Source of the DNA: Candidatus Pacebacteria bacterium GW2011_GWA1_46_10
GTDB lineage: Bacteria > Patescibacteriota > Microgenomatia > UBA1400 > PJMF01
Length of the DNA stretch: 64,000 nt
NCBI GenBank assembly: GCA_001002135.1
Contig: LCLP01000001.1
Span: 142,108-206,107 of the forward strand
Direction: 5' to 3'
Part shown: positions 60,438 to 64,000 of the stretch, piece by piece
Position numbering within the stretch: position 1 is the stretch's first letter
Layout of the letters: the number at the start of each line of letters is the position of its first letter
The notes under the pieces: model-generated
What the model was told of the DNA's origin: nothing
What the model saw: only the letters and a program-made list of their open reading frames with translations
Databases searched by the model: none
Made by a program: the position numbers and the translations under genes

Positions 60438-61445
60438 ATGTCTCGGATTTTGGTCATTACTCCTTCCTATGATCCTCGTTTGGGGGGAGTCGAGAACCAT
60501 GTGTGGTCCACCAGTCAGTTACTATGGCAAAAAGGCTACAAAATCACCATTTTGACCCAGCGTTTTCCTGGTTTACCAGAGAGTGAAACGAAAGCAAACA
60601 TCCCGATTTACCGCTTTGATTTTCCGCGGATTCGTTTTTTTGGTCTGTTGATCATCTGGTGGTGGGTATTCACTCGTTTTGGTCGGTTGATTGATGAAGC
60701 GGATATTATTCATATTCATGATGTGTTTATCTGGTACCTGCCGCTGCGGCTGCTGTTTTGGCGTAAAAGAGTAATCACTACCTTTCATGGCTGGGAAGGG
60801 ATTTATCCGGTGCCGCGCAAAAATATCTGGATTCGGCAGTTGGCCAATGTTCTCTCACACCGTACGGTAGCGATTGGGGCGTATTTGGAAAAGTACTATC
60901 ACTTCAAGGCCGACAAAGTGATTTATGGTGGCGTGGAAGTGCCTCGCGGCCGGATGAAAAAAGATAACCTCTTGTTGTATATGGGCCGCCTGGACTATGA
61001 CACCGGGCTGCCGGTGCTACTACAGGCACTCGAAACTAAAAGCTGGTCGGGCAAAGTGGTTTTTTGCGGTGATGGATTATTACGGGAGCAGGCAGAGGCA
61101 TTGGGGGAAGTAAAAGGCTTTGTTGACCCGATACCGTATTTGAAAAAGGCCAAAGTGGTTTTTGCCGGTGGGTACTTGTCGATTCTAGAAGCTTTTGCCT
61201 ATCAGTGCGCGGTGGTGGCGGCGCAGAAAAATCCGCTCAAAAAAGATTACTACTTGTTGTCACCCTTTGCCCCGTGGTTAACGGTCGTTGACACGCCGGA
61301 AGACTTGACTCGCTTTCTCAAGTTGGTTCAGGATAAGTCAGCCAAAGTGCAGTACACGGTGGAGAAAGCCTTGGCGTGGGCCAAAACGCAAAATTGGCAG
61401 GCAGTGGCTAAGCAGTATGAATCGCTATATCAAGCTTTTACTTGA
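60438..61445 (+). CDS. Glycosyltransferase family 4
   Basis: GGVENHV, IHIHD, TFHG, GRL, GDG, LEA. Confidence 0.88.
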   Translation: MSRILVITPSYDPRLGGVENHVWSTSQLLWQKGYKITILTQRFPGLPESETKANIPIYRFDFPRIRFFGLLIIWWWVFTRFGRLIDEADIIHIHDVFIWYLPLRLLFWRKRVITTFHGWEGIYPVPRKNIWIRQLANVLSHRTVAIGAYLEKYYHFKADKVIYGGVEVPRGRMKKDNLLLYMGRLDYDTGLPVLLQALETKSWSGKVVFCGDGLLREQAEALGEVKGFVDPIPYLKKAKVVFAGGYLSILEAFAYQCAVVAAQKNPLKKDYYLLSPFAPWLTVVDTPEDLTRFLKLVQDKSAKVQYTVEKALAWAKTQNWQAVAKQYESLYQAFT

Positions 61446-61460
61446 TATAATTCACCCATT

Positions 61461-61787
61461 ATGAATCATAAAATTGAAGAACTGAGTCCAAGGGAAATCG
61501 ATGTGCTTAATCAAGTGAAAGAAGGAAGAACTGCTTACAGTGAAGTTGCCTCTGATTTGTCCATTAGTCTCGATACAGTAAAACGTCATTTTGAAAATAT
61601 TTATGCGAAACTTGAGTTGAAAAGCGAGTTGGTGAAAAGTGGAAACGTGATGATTAAAGCGCTCATAAAGGCGATTCGGTTGGGATATATAAAAGATTTT
61701 GAGCCATCTATAAAAGTTGAAGAAACTCCGATCTATAAAAAAGCAATCACCGCAAGCTCTGGTGGGAAAGATTCTGAAGAGCGGTAA
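61461..61787 (+). CDS. Stand-alone LuxR/GerE-type HTH protein
   Basis: LSPREIDVL..EVASDLSIS..TVKRH..NIYAKL. Confidence 0.85.
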   Translation: MNHKIEELSPREIDVLNQVKEGRTAYSEVASDLSISLDTVKRHFENIYAKLELKSELVKSGNVMIKALIKAIRLGYIKDFEPSIKVEETPIYKKAITASSGGKDSEER

Positions 61788-61797
61788 TGTGTCAACG

Positions 61798-62820
61798 TTA
61801 CAAATGCCGCAGTTTTTTGCGGATGGTTTCAAACAGATAGGTTAGCCAATAGAGTGGGGAAACTGGCAGATCATGGGCGGGGAGATACGCCACTTCCTGC
61901 CCGCCAAAGCCGCGTTTGAAAAGTGAGACACCTGAGAAACGATGATGTTTTTCTTCCTTGGGGGCAATGCCCCAGAAGTTGTAGCGGGTGCAGCCGCGCC
62001 GTCGCGCTTCCTGGATGGCGGTCCACTGCGCGGCATAGGCACCGGCTAGTTGTTCGTTGGCCGGCGTGGAAATACCGTAGTGATAAACGGCCTCCCTGTT
62101 GTAGAAGATCACGAAAGCAGTGGCTAGTAACCGTTCGCCCTGGAAACTGGAAATTAACACGGCTTGGTCGTCGTTGGCGAACACTTTGAACTGCTCGTAC
62201 AAGAATTGATAGGAAAATGGCACAAAGTGATGTTTGGTCGCCAGTGCCACTTGGTGTTCATAGAATTTTTTAATTTCTGCCGGATTTTCGGTAATTTCGG
62301 TGTGAATTTTTTGTTTTTGTGCTTGGCGAATTTCATAGCGCGTGTTTTTGCGCATCCCGCGCAAAATCTCCTCTTCCGATTGAGTGAGATCCAGTTGGAG
62401 GGTGAGGTCGGCCGTCAAATGCATTGGAGCAGGGCGGAGACCAAATTTTTTGAGTTGGGCACGGAACTCAGCCGAATCCAGCGCTTGAGGTCGAAAGCGA
62501 ACAAAGAGACATTTTTCCTGATTTGCCAGTCTTTTTAGCTGATTAAAAATTACTTGAAGTTGATCTGGAGATGATCTTTGCCAATCAATAATCGGTCCAC
62601 CGGCAATGGCCAAGTAACTGCCGCGTTTGGCCGCTTCTTTGACCACCAGCAGCGCGCCAATTTGTTGATGATCTTCAAACACACCCAACTGAAAGATTTT
62701 TTTACCAATCGCTACTTGAAACTCACCCCAATTCCAAGCCTGCAGGAAATTAGCTTCGGGACGAGAGAAAATAAACTGCTCCCACTGCTCCTTGGTGTTG
62801 ATTGGTTTTAGTTCTAACAT
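61798..62820 (-). CDS. FemAB/MurM-family peptidoglycan bridge aminoacyltransferase
   Basis: FLQAWNWGEF, GP, RKNTRY.IR.A, YNFWGI, GVSLFKRGFGG. Confidence 0.92.
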   Translation of the reverse strand: MLELKPINTKEQWEQFIFSRPEANFLQAWNWGEFQVAIGKKIFQLGVFEDHQQIGALLVVKEAAKRGSYLAIAGGPIIDWQRSSPDQLQVIFNQLKRLANQEKCLFVRFRPQALDSAEFRAQLKKFGLRPAPMHLTADLTLQLDLTQSEEEILRGMRKNTRYEIRQAQKQKIHTEITENPAEIKKFYEHQVALATKHHFVPFSYQFLYEQFKVFANDDQAVLISSFQGERLLATAFVIFYNREAVYHYGISTPANEQLAGAYAAQWTAIQEARRRGCTRYNFWGIAPKEEKHHRFSGVSLFKRGFGGQEVAYLPAHDLPVSPLYWLTYLFETIRKKLRHL

Positions 62821-62825
62821 TATTT

Positions 62826-64000
62826 TTATTTGGCAAAATATTTTTTAATAATCATGATGATTTTTTCCGCGTCACTGACAGAAATTTTGGCGTGAGTGGG
62901 CAGATTAATCATAGTCCGACTCAACTTTTCTGCGTTCGGGCAAGAACCCGCTTGGTACTGAGTGTCGCACTGCCGCTGACCACAATCAACCGGTTCGCGG
63001 TACCAGCGGTCGGTCAGGTGGATATTGTGGGTTTTCAGGAACCTTAGTAAAGACTGAGGATCATCGACCGTCGCCGCTACCCGTAACAGTGAACCGTTTT
63101 TCAGGTGGGTGGTTTCAGTCAGTAGTTTTAATGGTGTCTCAATTAATTTTTCCAAGTAAAGCGCCGCTGTCACCTGTCGGAGGCGACGAATAGCGTCGAC
63201 CTGTTTGAGTTGACCAAGCGCTAAGATCGCCAAACTATCAGGCAAAGCAGTGATCTTGTTGGTGGGTGATTGAGTGGGGTTACCCATGAGACCGATAACA
63301 GTTAAGGTTTTATGGATGAGCTTACCGAGTAAAAAGTCGTACGTGCCGCGGATAAGTGAAGTAAAAAGTGGATATGCCAGGTCGTTGAGCACCACTGACT
63401 TGGGAGTGGCTGGCAGGTTAGGGAAAGATTGAGTTGGTTTCTGGCGGAAAACCACCGCCCCGCCGCTGACCGCGTCGATTACTTTATCACGACCAAAAGA
63501 CAGAATTACCACATCCCCAAAAGTGCCCAGTAGCTTTCCATTGGCAGTGGCACCGTAACTTTGAGCTAGATCTTCGATTAGTAACAGTTGGTGTTGTTGA
63601 CACCACGCCTTGATTTTGCTCATCTCTGCCGGGTGACCGAGGGTGTTTTGGACAATGACCGCTTTGACATGCTTAGCCTTTTTATACGCTTGAGTGAGTG
63701 TGGCCACTGTCAGGTTGAGTTGGTTTTCGCCCAGGTCCACGTACTGTACGTGCGCGCCGGCTCGGGTGATGCCTTCTTCGATGGCGTGGCAAGTAAACGC
63801 TTGAATGAGGACGGTTTGAGTTTGTTGGGTGATGCCGTAAGCCCGCAGTGCCAGCTCGATCGCGTCACGGCCTTTGTACACCAGTACTGCCTGCCCGCCG
63901 AAAGTTTGTTCCAGCCCTACTCTCAACGGGTTGGTAACGTCTTGGATCGGCAAACCAAGTAGCGTCTGCCAGAAAAGCTGACTACTTTGGCTGACGAACT
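62826..64000 (-). CDS. DegT/DnrJ/EryC1/StrS PLP-dependent aminotransferase family (5' end outside window)
   Basis: GRDAI..AL, IEDLAQSYGA, SFGRDK..SGG, NLPTH; frame open to the window end. Confidence 0.88.
   Translation of the reverse strand, partial: FVSQSSQLFWQTLLGLPIQDVTNPLRVGLEQTFGGQAVLVYKGRDAIELALRAYGITQQTQTVLIQAFTCHAIEEGITRAGAHVQYVDLGENQLNLTVATLTQAYKKAKHVKAVIVQNTLGHPAEMSKIKAWCQQHQLLLIEDLAQSYGATANGKLLGTFGDVVILSFGRDKVIDAVSGGAVVFRQKPTQSFPNLPATPKSVVLNDLAYPLFTSLIRGTYDFLLGKLIHKTLTVIGLMGNPTQSPTNKITALPDSLAILALGQLKQVDAIRRLRQVTAALYLEKLIETPLKLLTETTHLKNGSLLRVAATVDDPQSLLRFLKTHNIHLTDRWYREPVDCGQRQCDTQYQAGSCPNAEKLSRTMINLPTHAKISVSDAEKIIMIIKKYFAK

Overview
Core-genome window of a bacterium using genetic code 11. 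It is very likely Patescibacteria/CPR, Microgenomates-like; this is inferred from the missing rpmD/L30 between rpsE and rplO, AlaRS lacking C-Ala, the CPR-type FtsA-like/baseplate-J-like protein, and long charged tails on ribosomal proteins. The centre (18.7-46.9 kb) is the rpoBC-str-S10-spc-alpha-L13/S9 supercluster. The flanks hold rnj, ftsK, an ABC-2 exporter, tmRNA, comF, alaS, a sortase, ruvX, mltG, HU, upp, mpg, dsbB/dsbA, glycosyltransferases, femAB and a DegT-family gene, plus tRNA-Val(CAC), tRNA-Ser(GGA) and tRNA-Ser(GCT). No rRNA, CRISPR array or transposase was seen. The most unusual items are: (1) an unannotated micro-operon upstream of rpoB, with a structured leader RNA, two paralogous small zinc-ribbon ORFs and a 17-bp direct repeat; (2) an acyl-adenylate ligase fused to an apparently segment-permuted GNAT, followed by a JAB-like gene; (3) a heptamer-repeat family forming a perfect inverted repeat around rpsD; (4) a Gln-ligated cupredoxin directly upstream of dsbB-dsbA; (5) a long 27-aa tmRNA tag. 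All protein calls come from reading motifs by eye; no database search was run.
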